DNA from: an archaeon
Lineage (GTDB): Archaea; Undinarchaeota; Undinarchaeia; Undinarchaeales; JBDRKL01
Direction: 5' to 3'
Length of the DNA stretch: 64,000 bases
Assembly (NCBI GenBank): GCA_043814055.1
Contig: JBDRKL010000006.1
Span: 1,679 to 65,678, forward strand
Shown: positions 1 to 10,571 of the stretch, one piece after another
Layout of the letters: each line of letters opens with the position of its first letter
Position numbering within the stretch: the first letter of the stretch is position 1
Notes under the pieces: generated by a model
Told to the model about the DNA's origin: nothing
Seen by the model: the letters and a program-made list of their open reading frames with translations, nothing else
Databases searched by the model: none
Program-made: the position numbers and the translations under genes

Positions 1-813
1 GACTGCGAAGGCGCAGAGTCATGCGAAGCCACGGAGGCTCCGTCCGTGTCCAGAGTTCCGCAGACTTTTTCATTCAACTTTGCGGCAAGCCAGACCTTTA
101 CAAGAACGATGAGTGCAGGCGACGAGGCAAGTTTTGAGTTCATAGACGAACAGCACATGATAACAGTTGACCAGGTAACGCGTGGCGGCGCAGCCCTGAC
201 AGTGCGCTCCAGCCCAATCGCGGTGTTCCTTGCGCCCTCTGAGTCAACTACAGTTGACATAAATTCTGATGGAACTGATGACCTCAGCATAACCCTGAAC
301 TCTGTCCAAGGGGATAAAGCAGAGCTTGCTTTCACTGGGCTATGGGCGATTTCAAGCGATGTTGGAGGTCCAACTGGATTTGCCTTGCTCGGGAATATGG
401 GCTTCAGGTCAGTGCTCTTTACAATGTTTGCCGCAGCGCTCTTGGCTTTTGCCTATTATAACCCAAATCTTCTCTCTTCCACAACTTCACTTAGGCCGAG
501 AGCGTTTGCACTATCTTCAGCGCCGAAGCCTGACCGCGTCAAGGTTACAAAGAGAATGAAAGACATGCTGCAGACTCTTGATCAAAAAGAGCGCGAGGTT
601 ATTGACTTCCTAATAGAGGTCAATGGTAAGACCACCCAGGCAAAGGTTCATCACAGCACTCACATCCCAAGGAGCACGCTTTCAAAAACCGTGTCGGCTC
701 TCCAATCAAAGGGAATACTAACAGTTGAAGGTGTTGGGAAAATAAACAAACTCGGGCTCAGCGAGTGGTTCCTTAGAGGTGAGCGTGAGGGGTCAGAAAC
801 CTCTTTTAATTAA
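1..813 (+). CDS. C-terminal part of a membrane-anchored surface protein with a cytoplasmic winged-HTH domain (5' end lies outside the window)
   Basis: Frame is open from base 1 (DCEGAESCE…). It then shows a beta module shared with ORFs 850 and 32230, GPTG plus a TM helix, and a MarR-like HTH (LDQKEREVIDFL…TTQAKVHHSTHIPRSTLSKTVSALQSKGIL). Confidence 0.7.
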   Translation, partial: DCEGAESCEATEAPSVSRVPQTFSFNFAASQTFTRTMSAGDEASFEFIDEQHMITVDQVTRGGAALTVRSSPIAVFLAPSESTTVDINSDGTDDLSITLNSVQGDKAELAFTGLWAISSDVGGPTGFALLGNMGFRSVLFTMFAAALLAFAYYNPNLLSSTTSLRPRAFALSSAPKPDRVKVTKRMKDMLQTLDQKEREVIDFLIEVNGKTTQAKVHHSTHIPRSTLSKTVSALQSKGILTVEGVGKINKLGLSEWFLRGEREGSETSFN

Positions 814-849
814 ATATAAATAGTATGGTATCGACTAATCTAACTGGAG

Positions 850-3800
850 ATGGCCCTAAATAAAGTATTATTCACAGCGACACTTCTGTGTATTTTGCTC
901 GCTTTCAACGGCGCGTTTGCGCTTGATAATCTGCCAGCGGCACATGCACAATTAGTAAATGTGACCACGAGTGGGGGTGATCTACAAGTTATTGAATCCA
1001 CAACTGAAGTTATTGGTTTTAATATATCCTCTTCTGCAAATGCAATTGGGAACATCACGCAGATTCAAATAAGCATAGACTACTCAAACAGCAAGGCATT
1101 TTACATCGTGGACGCTGCAACCATTCCGGCAAACTGGAACTACAACTCATTCGGCTCCTGGATTGAGTTTTACACCACAGCTGAAAATGGAATCACAAAT
1201 GGCTCATACAGAATTTTTTCAATAACAGCAACTGCACCTCTTGTTGATGCTGACACTGTTTTCACTTGGTGGAATGTGGAGGCTTGGGACAACAGAGGTG
1301 GTTACTCTGCAGGTTCTCCCTCAACGTCAATCACAGTTACCAACGATTCAACGCCTCCAACTACGGTTTTCAACTCAACCCACCCAACCCCGACAAACCA
1401 GAACAATTACTTGTACTACACCGGCAATTCAACTGACGCTGAAACTGCGATAAATAATGTGGAGTGCCGCATAAATGGGAGCGAATGGGATAGTGCGAGC
1501 CCAATTGACCCGTGGTGGTTTAATGAGACTTTTGAGGAGTGGTACACATATACCTACTCACAGGTTGTTGATGGTCTGCATCTGGTTGAGTGCCGCGCGC
1601 AGGACTACGCAGGCAACTGGGAAGAAGAGCCATACGTGAACACAACTGTGTTTGTTGACACCGTAAGTCCATTGCCAGGCATAACTGCGAATGATTACTT
1701 ACCGCTACATGAATCTATAATTAATCATACTAACCCTGTTGTTGCCCTGAACTACTCTGACCCCTCGCCAAGCTCTGGTATTGATGCAAACAGAGTAGTC
1801 GTGGAGCTGGTTGATCTTGACACTATGATTACCACCAACATAACTGAGAACTGCACAGCAAACCAGACCAGAGTGAACTGCACAACAGAGAATCTGGCTG
1901 ACGGCAGATACAATGTTCTGGCTGACCTGTTTGACAATGCAGGCAACTACTACCCGATGGTGTGGTCCTTTTCAGTTGACACGACAGAGCCAAACACAAC
2001 TTATCTAGACGTATATCCGGTTGAAAGCGTTTGTTCAGAAAGCTCCTGCAACGTAACTTTAGTTAGGGTCAACGCACTTGTTGAAGACGCAATCAGCCCA
2101 ATTGCAAACGCCCAGTACAAGGTGGAGTCTGAGGGCAGTGTACTTTTAGTTGACTGGACCGAGATGAATGCCGAAGACGATATCTTTGACCACACCGTGG
2201 AGGGCGCTAATGCTGAAATAGACACCGAGGGCTGGAATGACGGCATCTACACGGTTTACGTGCGCGGAAACGACAGCGTGGGGCATCTGGAAACAACCCC
2301 TGCTGCTGTGAATTTCACGCTTGATCAAACACCTCCCCAGCTCGTGGGGAGCTTCCTGGCATCAGAGTCAACAATTTCTCCGTTGAACAGTGAGGGGATA
2401 AAAGACACTACCAACTTCACGTTCACTGGTGTGGACAACATGAGCGAGAACCTCACTATGTTGCTTTTGGTACTAAATGGGACAGAAGATGAGGGGGGTA
2501 TATTTTACATAAACTACAGCATAGTGCCCAACAACACCGAGCATTACTTCATGTGGGATGGCGTAGTGTTCAGTCTTTTATACCTGGAAAGCGGACCAGT
2601 GGCTGGAGGTGGAGGCAGTAGCACAAGCGGCGTAAGCGAGCCGACCTCATTGTCGCCAGTTGTGGCTGACACAGGGGGAGGGCCAGAATTCAACTACTTC
2701 AACCTCTCAGACGGCACTTATGAAGTGTTGCTAATTGTTGAGGACGACTATTACAATGTCATTTACCCTTTCCCAACCCTAAACATCACAATCGACAACA
2801 CAGCTCCAGTATTCAATTCAGTTGCTCCAACTGATTCACACTCCGCAACCACTATAAATCTCACGCTTGAGATGAACGAGAACACAACCTGCAGGTACAA
2901 CAACACGCAGAACGAGAACTATTCAAATATGACTGACTTCGCCTACAGCAACGGAACGTACTTCACGCAGGAGCTCAATCTATCGCTTGGTTCCTACAGA
3001 TACTACTTCTACTGCATAGACAACGCTGGCAACAACAATACCACGTTAACCACGTTCACACTCACTCCGCCACCAGGTCCAACAGGTCCATCTGGAGGCG
3101 GTCCAACCGGCAGCGGCTTCAAGTCAACTTCTGAAATCTGCACAGACGGACTGGACAATGATGAAGACGGCCTTGTGGATTGCAAAGACCCAGACTGTTC
3201 TGAAAAAGACGTGTGCATTGAAGAGCCTGAACAAGAGAGGCAGCTAAGAGCTCCCCGCGCATCTTCTTTCAATTTTGATGCCAGCGAGTCAATAAATCGC
3301 AGAATGATATCAGGCGACACTGCTGACTTCTCTTTCCTGGGTGAGTCACATTCAATTTCAATCAACTCAATTACTGAAAACTCAGCCACACTCACTGTAC
3401 GCTCAAATCCAATCACAGTTTCCCTTGGACTTCAGGACGCAGAGTCAATTGACATAAACTCAGATGGCTCCGATGATCTTGAAATAACACTGAACTCCAT
3501 ATCAAGCGGCGAGGCAGACTTCACGTTCACCCGGCTCTGGTCCGCTGATGCAATAGGTCCAACTGGATTCTCAATATTCAATTACGTGCAGAACCCTACA
3601 ATTGCAGCATTGCTCGGCGCAATTGTGCTCGGTGCGCTTGTTGGCTATGGGTTCAAATCAGGTGCAATAAAGTTCACACCGCCAAAATCACTCAAGGTAA
3701 TTCCAAAGAACACAAAAACCCGCTATGTTGACTGGAAGAAAAACCGCGAAGTGACCCGATTTGAGTGCGACAAGGTGAGAACACGGCAGAAACAAATAAA

Positions 3801-4062
3801 ACTAGGGCAGGCAGCCCAGGCGCAAACTGAAAAGACCAGAATCACAGATGCTAATCGAATGGCAAAGGCACAGCAGGATGCATTCCTAAAAGCAGCAAAA
3901 GTGAACGAAACCTTTGCCAGGCGAATAGTGAAATCTGAAAAAATCAAAAACATCCAGACGCGAAAATTCAGCAAATCCCAGATAACCAAAGAAGAAAGGC
4001 AAATGGCAAAAATGCGGGATTTAATTGACCAGAAAAAAGCAGAAGGCAGAATTTATAACTAG
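850..4062 (+). CDS. Large secreted/surface glycoprotein with Ig-like repeats, a Cys/Asp motif, TM anchor and basic tail
   Basis: Signal peptide; repeated D-x-T-x-P Ig-like boundaries; many N-x-S/T sequons; CTDGLDNDEDGLVDCKDPDC; GPTG plus TM helix. Confidence 0.8.
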   Translation: MALNKVLFTATLLCILLAFNGAFALDNLPAAHAQLVNVTTSGGDLQVIESTTEVIGFNISSSANAIGNITQIQISIDYSNSKAFYIVDAATIPANWNYNSFGSWIEFYTTAENGITNGSYRIFSITATAPLVDADTVFTWWNVEAWDNRGGYSAGSPSTSITVTNDSTPPTTVFNSTHPTPTNQNNYLYYTGNSTDAETAINNVECRINGSEWDSASPIDPWWFNETFEEWYTYTYSQVVDGLHLVECRAQDYAGNWEEEPYVNTTVFVDTVSPLPGITANDYLPLHESIINHTNPVVALNYSDPSPSSGIDANRVVVELVDLDTMITTNITENCTANQTRVNCTTENLADGRYNVLADLFDNAGNYYPMVWSFSVDTTEPNTTYLDVYPVESVCSESSCNVTLVRVNALVEDAISPIANAQYKVESEGSVLLVDWTEMNAEDDIFDHTVEGANAEIDTEGWNDGIYTVYVRGNDSVGHLETTPAAVNFTLDQTPPQLVGSFLASESTISPLNSEGIKDTTNFTFTGVDNMSENLTMLLLVLNGTEDEGGIFYINYSIVPNNTEHYFMWDGVVFSLLYLESGPVAGGGGSSTSGVSEPTSLSPVVADTGGGPEFNYFNLSDGTYEVLLIVEDDYYNVIYPFPTLNITIDNTAPVFNSVAPTDSHSATTINLTLEMNENTTCRYNNTQNENYSNMTDFAYSNGTYFTQELNLSLGSYRYYFYCIDNAGNNNTTLTTFTLTPPPGPTGPSGGGPTGSGFKSTSEICTDGLDNDEDGLVDCKDPDCSEKDVCIEEPEQERQLRAPRASSFNFDASESINRRMISGDTADFSFLGESHSISINSITENSATLTVRSNPITVSLGLQDAESIDINSDGSDDLEITLNSISSGEADFTFTRLWSADAIGPTGFSIFNYVQNPTIAALLGAIVLGALVGYGFKSGAIKFTPPKSLKVIPKNTKTRYVDWKKNREVTRFECDKVRTRQKQIKLGQAAQAQTEKTRITDANRMAKAQQDAFLKAAKVNETFARRIVKSEKIKNIQTRKFSKSQITKEERQMAKMRDLIDQKKAEGRIYN

Positions 4063-4985
4063 TTCTTCTTGGCTAAAGTTGTCTTAGCAGGGAATTTCCT
4101 CTTTGCCAAAGTCTTCTTCTGGGTTGGTTTCTCGTCTCTCTGGTCTTCCTCGCCATCATCAAAGCTGAATTTGAGCTGCAAGTCTCTCAGGTCAACACGC
4201 TTGCCAGCGGTGAACTTGTCAAACGCATCCTTTGCCCTATCCTTAAATGTCTTGGTTGCCTCATCCTTGACCTTTTTCTCCTCGCTCTTCTTGGTCTCAA
4301 CTATCTTCTCTCTCAGGTTCTTTACCCTCTCCATATCCGGCGCGTGCTTCTTCTCCAGTTCCTTAAGCGCCTCAGTTTCCTTCATAACTTCCTCGTGCTT
4401 CTTGTCCGCCTCAGTTCTTGCGCCCTTCACTTTCTCATAGAGTTCAACCAGTTTGCTGTGTGTTTCCTCGGATTTCTTTGAAAACTCAATAACATTCGTG
4501 TGATGCTCTCGCGCGCTCTTGTCAACCTCCCTTATGCGCCTTCTCGCGTCCTCCACTTCCTTTATGCTTTTGTATTCAACCTCAAGCTTCTCAAGCTTGC
4601 CCCTGAGCTTTTTCTCCTCTTCATACGGAACTCCAGAGGTTTCAATATTCCACCTAAGGTCCTCAACCTGCTTCTTTATTTTTGAAAATATCTGCCCGCC
4701 GCCGCGATGGTCGTCTGGTTGCTTCTTTGCTGACTTTTGCCTGAGCACGGTAAGTTCCTTGTTCAGCTTGTCCCGCTCTGCCTTTTCCTTTTTGACGCGC
4801 TCGTTGTGCGAGTCTCGTTCATTCTTGAGCCGTTTTATCTGCTCATTTATGATTTTGACCTTCTCGTTCTTCGCATCCCGCTCCCTGCGCAGCTCGGTTA
4901 TTTTGATATTATGTTCCCTAATCGGCTCAAGTTTCTTGTAGATGAGCTCTTTTTCTTCACTTAGCTTTTCAATGTCAGTTGTCAT
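4059..4985 (-). CDS. Archaeal coiled-coil protein (COG1340-like)
   Basis: 308 aa K/E-rich heptad pattern; C-terminal 'AFDKFTAGKRVDLRDL' is typical of this family. Confidence 0.7.
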   Translation of the reverse strand: MTTDIEKLSEEKELIYKKLEPIREHNIKITELRRERDAKNEKVKIINEQIKRLKNERDSHNERVKKEKAERDKLNKELTVLRQKSAKKQPDDHRGGGQIFSKIKKQVEDLRWNIETSGVPYEEEKKLRGKLEKLEVEYKSIKEVEDARRRIREVDKSAREHHTNVIEFSKKSEETHSKLVELYEKVKGARTEADKKHEEVMKETEALKELEKKHAPDMERVKNLREKIVETKKSEEKKVKDEATKTFKDRAKDAFDKFTAGKRVDLRDLQLKFSFDDGEEDQRDEKPTQKKTLAKRKFPAKTTLAKKN

Positions 4986-4988
4986 TTC

Positions 4989-6104
4989 TTAGTCACAAAC
5001 CAGAAATTGGTCTATTTTTCCCTTTGCTTTTTCCCTATTTGCTTGGTGCTTATTGAGGAATTCATTAATATATTTTACTAAATCCTGTTTGCACTCTCCA
5101 CAGAGCAGCTCTCCGCTTTTGCACTTTCGCTTCCTTTCCTCCAGTTTCTTGTCGTCCTGTTCAAAAATGTAGTAAAAATACTTGAAAACCGTGCAGATGT
5201 CAGGCTCTCCGCCTTTCTTCTTCTGCTCCTCAACTGTGTCCCGACCGCCTGTAAATGTGCCTCCAATCTTCTTCTTAACAGCTTCAGGAGTGTCTGTTGC
5301 GTATATGCACGTTTCCTGCTCAGAGGAGCCCATCTTTGACGCGCCCCTGCCCAATCCTGGCAGGAACTTCGTGTGTATAGCGCACGGCTTTGGGTAGCCT
5401 AGCTTCTGCGCAACATCTCGCGTAACCCTAAAGTGCGGGTCCTGGTCAATGGCGTGCGGAATCAAGACTTTGGTCTCCTTCCCCTCCCTCTGGGTCGGCA
5501 GGAACGCAGGCACTGACTGCATCGCGGTGTAAAAAATCTCTCCGAGATTGTTTGAATTATCAAAGCCAAACACTGCTTTCGCAGTTGAAAAAGTGATGCG
5601 CTTAGCGGTTTCCATCGCTGTCTTGTACATTGTCTTCGCGTACTCAGTATCTAGGAATATGTCGGTCTTCTTCGGGTCAAAGCCGCAGGCGATTATGTCA
5701 AGAATGTTGTCCATTGCCCACTTGTGAGTGTCCTCAAACGTGAGGTTCTCCTTGAACATCACTTTCTCCTCGTCAGGAATCTGGAACAAAAGCGGGGCTT
5801 TGAACCCGTCCTGCAGGTGCTTTGTGAAAATCCACGGAACCAAGTGCCCGATGTGCACAGGTCCTGAAGGTGCTCTGCCTGTGTAGAGATAAACCTTCTT
5901 CCCTTTCTCGTAATCATTCATCCACAAATCCATGTCGCGGTGCGAGAAAAACAGGCCCCTGCGAAGGAACATGTGGTCTCCGCAGTGCTTCACAATACGT
6001 TTCCTTGTCACCTCATTCAGCGGCTGGGTGCCGAACTGCTTGATTAGCGCGGAGTAATCCACATCTCCGCTGACTTCCCACGGCGTAACGATAAAATCTG
6101 CCAT
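4989..6104 (-). CDS. trpS: Tryptophanyl-tRNA synthetase (archaeal/eukaryotic type)
   Basis: VTPWEV N-terminus, LYTGRAPS-HIGH, AIDQDPHFR, KMGSS. Confidence 0.97.
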   Translation of the reverse strand: MADFIVTPWEVSGDVDYSALIKQFGTQPLNEVTRKRIVKHCGDHMFLRRGLFFSHRDMDLWMNDYEKGKKVYLYTGRAPSGPVHIGHLVPWIFTKHLQDGFKAPLLFQIPDEEKVMFKENLTFEDTHKWAMDNILDIIACGFDPKKTDIFLDTEYAKTMYKTAMETAKRITFSTAKAVFGFDNSNNLGEIFYTAMQSVPAFLPTQREGKETKVLIPHAIDQDPHFRVTRDVAQKLGYPKPCAIHTKFLPGLGRGASKMGSSEQETCIYATDTPEAVKKKIGGTFTGGRDTVEEQKKKGGEPDICTVFKYFYYIFEQDDKKLEERKRKCKSGELLCGECKQDLVKYINEFLNKHQANREKAKGKIDQFLVCD

Positions 6105-6160
6105 ACGCGCGTATAGCGTCGGAATGTATTTAAAGATTTAGTTGGTGGTTGGGTGGTAGG

Positions 6161-7039
6161 TTACAATATCAGCACAGCTCCAACAATCATCAGCGCAATC
6201 GCCACAGCTTTCAAAATCAGCGTGTTCTTTCCAAGCTCCTCTTTCAGTACGCTCGGTCTGAAAACGCTCAAAAGAACAACGTACCCAAGAACAATCGCGG
6301 GCTGAACCTGGCTGAGCGACGCAATCAGGCTGGCCGGTCCGATTGAAAATGCGAACATTGTTAACATAAAACCAACCAGTCCAATGGACTCCGCGCCTGC
6401 CATTATGATTCCTGACCTTGGTGATGTCTTCATCAATTTTCTTAAAGGCTTGCGGTAGTAAGCAATCAGCGGCAGAACTGTCAAACCAGCCCCGAGGTTT
6501 ATCCAGAAGTATGCGCTCCACGGGTCTGAGAGGTCAATCGCGTGCTTTGTCAGCACTGTTATGCAGGCGAACCCTGCTGCTGCGATAAGCACTGGCAGAA
6601 CTCCCTTAGAAATCTTGACCAGCCCGCCGAGCCGCCTCACTGAAACCAGCATTGAGCCGATGATGAGCAATGCTATCCCAAGGTAAGTTAGGGCACTGAA
6701 CATTTCACCTAAGAAAATGTACCCCAACAGAACCACGAACAGCGCGCTCGTGTGATAAATCGTAATCATCCTGCTTACCTCGTCAATTGAGATTGCCTTG
6801 AACCAGAAAATAATCATCAGGACGTGCGCAAAACCCAGGTAGAGGAGAAGCGGAGCTTGCGGGCCGAATGAAATACTCCTAAAAAGCAGGAACAGCAATG
6901 CGAAAACTCCGCCCATACCGCCGTAGAAAATCGTGCGTATCGCAACGTTCTTATGGTAAACCTCAAAAACGTGCTTGTCCAGAATCTCAACCAGTGAATA
7001 AAGAAACAATGAAGCGATTACTAAAATTGCCCAGTTCAT
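6161..7039 (-). CDS. EamA/DMT family transporter
   Basis: About 10 TM helices in two repeats; 'LGYIFLGE' and 'LKEEL' DMT-type ends. Confidence 0.85.
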   Translation of the reverse strand: MNWAILVIASLFLYSLVEILDKHVFEVYHKNVAIRTIFYGGMGGVFALLFLLFRSISFGPQAPLLLYLGFAHVLMIIFWFKAISIDEVSRMITIYHTSALFVVLLGYIFLGEMFSALTYLGIALLIIGSMLVSVRRLGGLVKISKGVLPVLIAAAGFACITVLTKHAIDLSDPWSAYFWINLGAGLTVLPLIAYYRKPLRKLMKTSPRSGIIMAGAESIGLVGFMLTMFAFSIGPASLIASLSQVQPAIVLGYVVLLSVFRPSVLKEELGKNTLILKAVAIALMIVGAVLIL

Positions 7040-7962
7040 TTAAGCCTTTCCTTCAGCGCCGCACTAATCACAGGCAAAACAATAGTCGCATCAGCAACCA
7101 CGTCAACCATCTCGCTTGCCTCGCCGAACTTGCCCCAGGAAATTCCCTCGCTCAGCGAAGCTCCTGTGAGCCCGCCGTACTCCGGCCTGTCCGTGGTAAT
7201 TTGAACCCCATAGTCGTGCCCGCGGTCAACAAACTGCGCCGCCTGGATAATGTGATTCTTCGGAACTCCGCCGCCAATCAGGAACGCGCAGCTCTTCTTT
7301 GAGTCCTGCACGAGCTTAATCGGCTCGCCAATGTCTTTGAGCGCGCTGATGTTCAAATGGTTCTTCGGGCTCTCCTGGTTGTAAAAGTAAGTCATTACTC
7401 CCAAGCCGGAGTCAAAAAAGCCCGGACTGAAAACCGGAACCTTCATATCATAAGCAGCTCGGAACCAGGAGTTTTCATCATCAACGTTCTTCGCGAGGTG
7501 GCTTAAAAATTCCTGAATGCTAATCTCTTCTCTTGGAAGCGCGTCAAGCACAGGTCTTAACCAATCTTCAAGTTTTTCATAAGCATTCTGCGGCAGCGAG
7601 GAGTCAAACAAGCGGTTTGTCCCCTGCTTCCTCAGCTCAGCGTCATCCATTGTATCCACAATTTCGTGTTTCACATTCAATGCCTCAACAATATCATGCA
7701 CAACCATCGCGCCCGTAGTTACAATACAATTCAACCAACCATCTCTAATCATATCTGTAATAATTTGCCTCTGCCCGCCCGGAATCATGCACCCCGCAAG
7801 CCCGAAGAACGTAGTGCAATCCTTATCAGAAATCGCTTTCTCAAGAATATCAACAGCTTTCCCGACTCGCCCAGCTCCCATAACTCCAGCTTGAGTCAAT
7901 TCCTTGCAGAGCTCGTCAACGCTCATTCCTGGTTTTGTCTTGATTTGTTTTATTGGTTTCAT
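7036..7962 (-). CDS. dys: Deoxyhypusine synthase
   Basis: IVTTGA, IGGGVPKNH, QITTDRPEYGGLTGASLSEGISWGK, ADATIVLP. Start chosen at M8 of the listed ORF. Confidence 0.93.
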   Translation of the reverse strand: MKPIKQIKTKPGMSVDELCKELTQAGVMGAGRVGKAVDILEKAISDKDCTTFFGLAGCMIPGGQRQIITDMIRDGWLNCIVTTGAMVVHDIVEALNVKHEIVDTMDDAELRKQGTNRLFDSSLPQNAYEKLEDWLRPVLDALPREEISIQEFLSHLAKNVDDENSWFRAAYDMKVPVFSPGFFDSGLGVMTYFYNQESPKNHLNISALKDIGEPIKLVQDSKKSCAFLIGGGVPKNHIIQAAQFVDRGHDYGVQITTDRPEYGGLTGASLSEGISWGKFGEASEMVDVVADATIVLPVISAALKERLK

Positions 7963-8273
7963 GTGTAGTTTAGTGTATGGCATTTAGGACAAATAGGTTT
8001 TTTGTTTCCTACTGGACTCACTGAGTGCTCTCTGCAAACTGGACATTTAGTTGGATCCTTTTTAAATCTTCTGTGCCATTTCAGAAGTTTTTCATGATTA
8101 GCATGATTTGCTTCTACTTTCCGAATACATCCTCGGCAAATGTTAAAGGGTCTATTAAATTTGAATTTATATCCACACTTTTTACAGATGACAGATTTTT
8201 TCTTATTGGCCAGATTGAGCATTTCAAGTAAGAACTTAATCCAGTCCTTAAATCCTATTGCCAAATTTTCCAT
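7959..8273 (-). CDS. Small zinc-ribbon protein (4 CxxC pairs)
   Basis: CKKC, CRGC, CPVC, CPKC; AT-rich; overlaps both neighbours. Confidence 0.55.
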   Translation of the reverse strand: MENLAIGFKDWIKFLLEMLNLANKKKSVICKKCGYKFKFNRPFNICRGCIRKVEANHANHEKLLKWHRRFKKDPTKCPVCREHSVSPVGNKKPICPKCHTLNYT

Positions 8274-8826
8274 TTTTTATCTTCTCCACAAACCACTCAT
8301 GCACCCGTGCATCTCCTGCGAGTTCCGGGTGGAAGCTCAGTCCAACCACATTGCCTTGTTCCACACCTACAATCTTCTCCTCAAACTTACATATAACTTT
8401 GCACCCTGCGTAAACTTCCTCAACAAGTGGTGCTCGAATAAACACTCCATTAAATTTTTGATTGTCAAAATCAATCTCCGCCTCAAAGCTCTCCCTCTGC
8501 CTGCCGAACGCATTTCTATTCACCCTGCAATTCAAAAGCCCCATATGCTCCTGCCCGGTCTTTTCAGAGTCCCCAACCCCTTCCTTTGCAAGAACAATCA
8601 TTCCTGCGCAGGTTCCAAGTACAGGCTTTCCAGAATTCTTAACCAAATCCCACAGTCCAGTGCTCTGCATAAGCTTTGTAATCGTTGTACTCTCTCCGCC
8701 TGGGATAATAAACGCATCAACTTCCTCAGGCTTTCGCATCCAAAAAGCAGTATCAGGCCTGATTGAATTCACAACATCAATATGCTCTTCCACAGCTCCC
8801 TGCACTCCAATAACTCCAATTCTCAT
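8248..8826 (-). CDS. pdxT: Pyridoxal 5'-phosphate synthase glutaminase subunit
   Basis: GVQGAVEEH, IIPGGESTT, GTCAGMI, RNAFGRQRESFE, SFHPEL. Confidence 0.97.
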   Translation of the reverse strand: MRIGVIGVQGAVEEHIDVVNSIRPDTAFWMRKPEEVDAFIIPGGESTTITKLMQSTGLWDLVKNSGKPVLGTCAGMIVLAKEGVGDSEKTGQEHMGLLNCRVNRNAFGRQRESFEAEIDFDNQKFNGVFIRAPLVEEVYAGCKVICKFEEKIVGVEQGNVVGLSFHPELAGDARVHEWFVEKIKNGKFGNRI

Positions 8827-9473
8827 TTAAACTCCTTTAGCTTGTATTTTATATCGCTCAGGCTCCTTATAACGTGCTCGCCGTCCAGCCGGTTCTTCCT
8901 GTCAATCAGCAGCGCTTCAACTCCAACAGAAACCGCCGGGGTGTAATCGTGGCTCTCCATGTCCCCCACGTGCAGCAATTTTTCCGCAGGAATCTCCAAT
9001 TTCTCTAAAAACCTCTCATACGCTTCTGGAAAAACCTTGATGCTGTTGAAATGGCTCGGCGCTGAAACAATCTGGTCAAAGTATTTCTTAAGCCCAGCCC
9101 ACTTGAGCTTTATCTCTGCGAACTCAATGTCTGTATTAGTGAAAAGCGCCAGCTTGTAATCCTTCTTCAGCGCGTTAAGCACATCATCTGTCTCCGGGTA
9201 AACGTGCAGGTCCTCAAGCACTTCCTTCACGACCTCGCGCCAGTCCTGCTTCAACCCGAACCGCTCAAACCAGAACTCCTTCAAATACCAGCGCGTGTCC
9301 CTGCTCCCAATCTCGTCATAGTCCATCCAGCACGCTTTCTTCGCGTCATTGTATGAAATCTTGTGCGTCTCTGCGTAAATTCTTGGAACTACCTCGTGCC
9401 AAAGCTGGAGCTCAACGCTTCCAAGGTCTATCAGCGTGCCGTCAAGGTCAAAGCTTATCCATTCAATCCCCAT
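8823..9473 (-). CDS. HAD-superfamily hydrolase
   Basis: FDLDGTL motif I, FTN motif II, HVGD…HD motif IV. Confidence 0.9.
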   Translation of the reverse strand: MGIEWISFDLDGTLIDLGSVELQLWHEVVPRIYAETHKISYNDAKKACWMDYDEIGSRDTRWYLKEFWFERFGLKQDWREVVKEVLEDLHVYPETDDVLNALKKDYKLALFTNTDIEFAEIKLKWAGLKKYFDQIVSAPSHFNSIKVFPEAYERFLEKLEIPAEKLLHVGDMESHDYTPAVSVGVEALLIDRKNRLDGEHVIRSLSDIKYKLKEFK

Positions 9474-9510
9474 GGAATTATTTAAATAGCTTCCCGCCTA
9501 TTTTAAATCT

Positions 9511-10476
9511 ATGATTTCAAGTTTTTTTTATGACGGCAAGACAATGCACAAGGACATTCCTAGCTCCAAGTTTAAAAATTACCTTAGAAGGAAGAAAGGC
9601 GTGCTCTGGGTTGATTTGGAAATGCCAACGCCACAAGAGCTTAAAATCCTAAGTGATACTTTTAACTTTCACCCGCTCTCAATAGAGGACTGCTCAAAGT
9701 TCACAGAGATGCCGAAGGTGGACGAGTACGACGACTATATTCTTCTGGTATTCCACCGCGTCACATTTGATTTCAAGAAGGAAGAGCTCCAGACAAAGGA
9801 GATGGACATTTTCCTGGGCGATAACTTCTTAGTCACGGTGCACAACGAGGAATCCCAGAGCATAGAAAACATGAAGTCGCGTGTGACTACAAAGCCCCAG
9901 ACGCTCCTGCAGGGCCCGGACATAATCATGCACGGCATTATTGACTATTCAATTGACCGCTACATCCCTGTGCTTGACAAGTGGGACGAGGTCATAGAGG
10001 ACCTTGAGGAAAAAATCCTCAGGGGCGAGACCGAGGGAATAATGGAAGAAATAATGCACCTTCGCCGCCACCTCGTTGAGTTCAAGAAGAGCATAGGCCC
10101 GCAGAAAGAAGTAATCAACAAGCTCGCTCGCAGGGACTACCCCTACATATCAGAGCGGGGCAGTATGTACATGAAGGACGTGTACGACCACATACAGTCC
10201 AGTTACACCGAGCTTGAGTCCTACAGGGAAATGCTTGCCAACGCTTTTGAGGCATACCTCTCAGTGCTCTCAAACCGAATGAACACTGTAATTCACCGCC
10301 TGACCCTCATTGCAACTATTTTCATGCCTCTCACTTTCATAACAGGGCTTTACGGGATGAACTTTGTAAATATGCCAGAGCTCAGTTGGCAGTACGGCTA
10401 CTTCTTCTCGCTCGCCATAATGACAACAGTCGGTGTAGTAATGGTGCTGTACCTCAAGAAGAAAGAGTGGATGTGA
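9511..10476 (+). CDS. corA: CorA Mg2+/Co2+ transporter
   Basis: FHPLSIED, GLYGMNF signature, MPEL, two C-terminal TM helices. Confidence 0.95.
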   Translation: MISSFFYDGKTMHKDIPSSKFKNYLRRKKGVLWVDLEMPTPQELKILSDTFNFHPLSIEDCSKFTEMPKVDEYDDYILLVFHRVTFDFKKEELQTKEMDIFLGDNFLVTVHNEESQSIENMKSRVTTKPQTLLQGPDIIMHGIIDYSIDRYIPVLDKWDEVIEDLEEKILRGETEGIMEEIMHLRRHLVEFKKSIGPQKEVINKLARRDYPYISERGSMYMKDVYDHIQSSYTELESYREMLANAFEAYLSVLSNRMNTVIHRLTLIATIFMPLTFITGLYGMNFVNMPELSWQYGYFFSLAIMTTVGVVMVLYLKKKEWM

Positions 10477-10571
10477 GTTTTAGTAGGTAGTAAGTGGTGG
10501 TAGGTAATTAAGCATAATAAACTCAAATGAGTTGGCAAACTTTTAAATACGCTCATCCAGGCACTCTTCTC

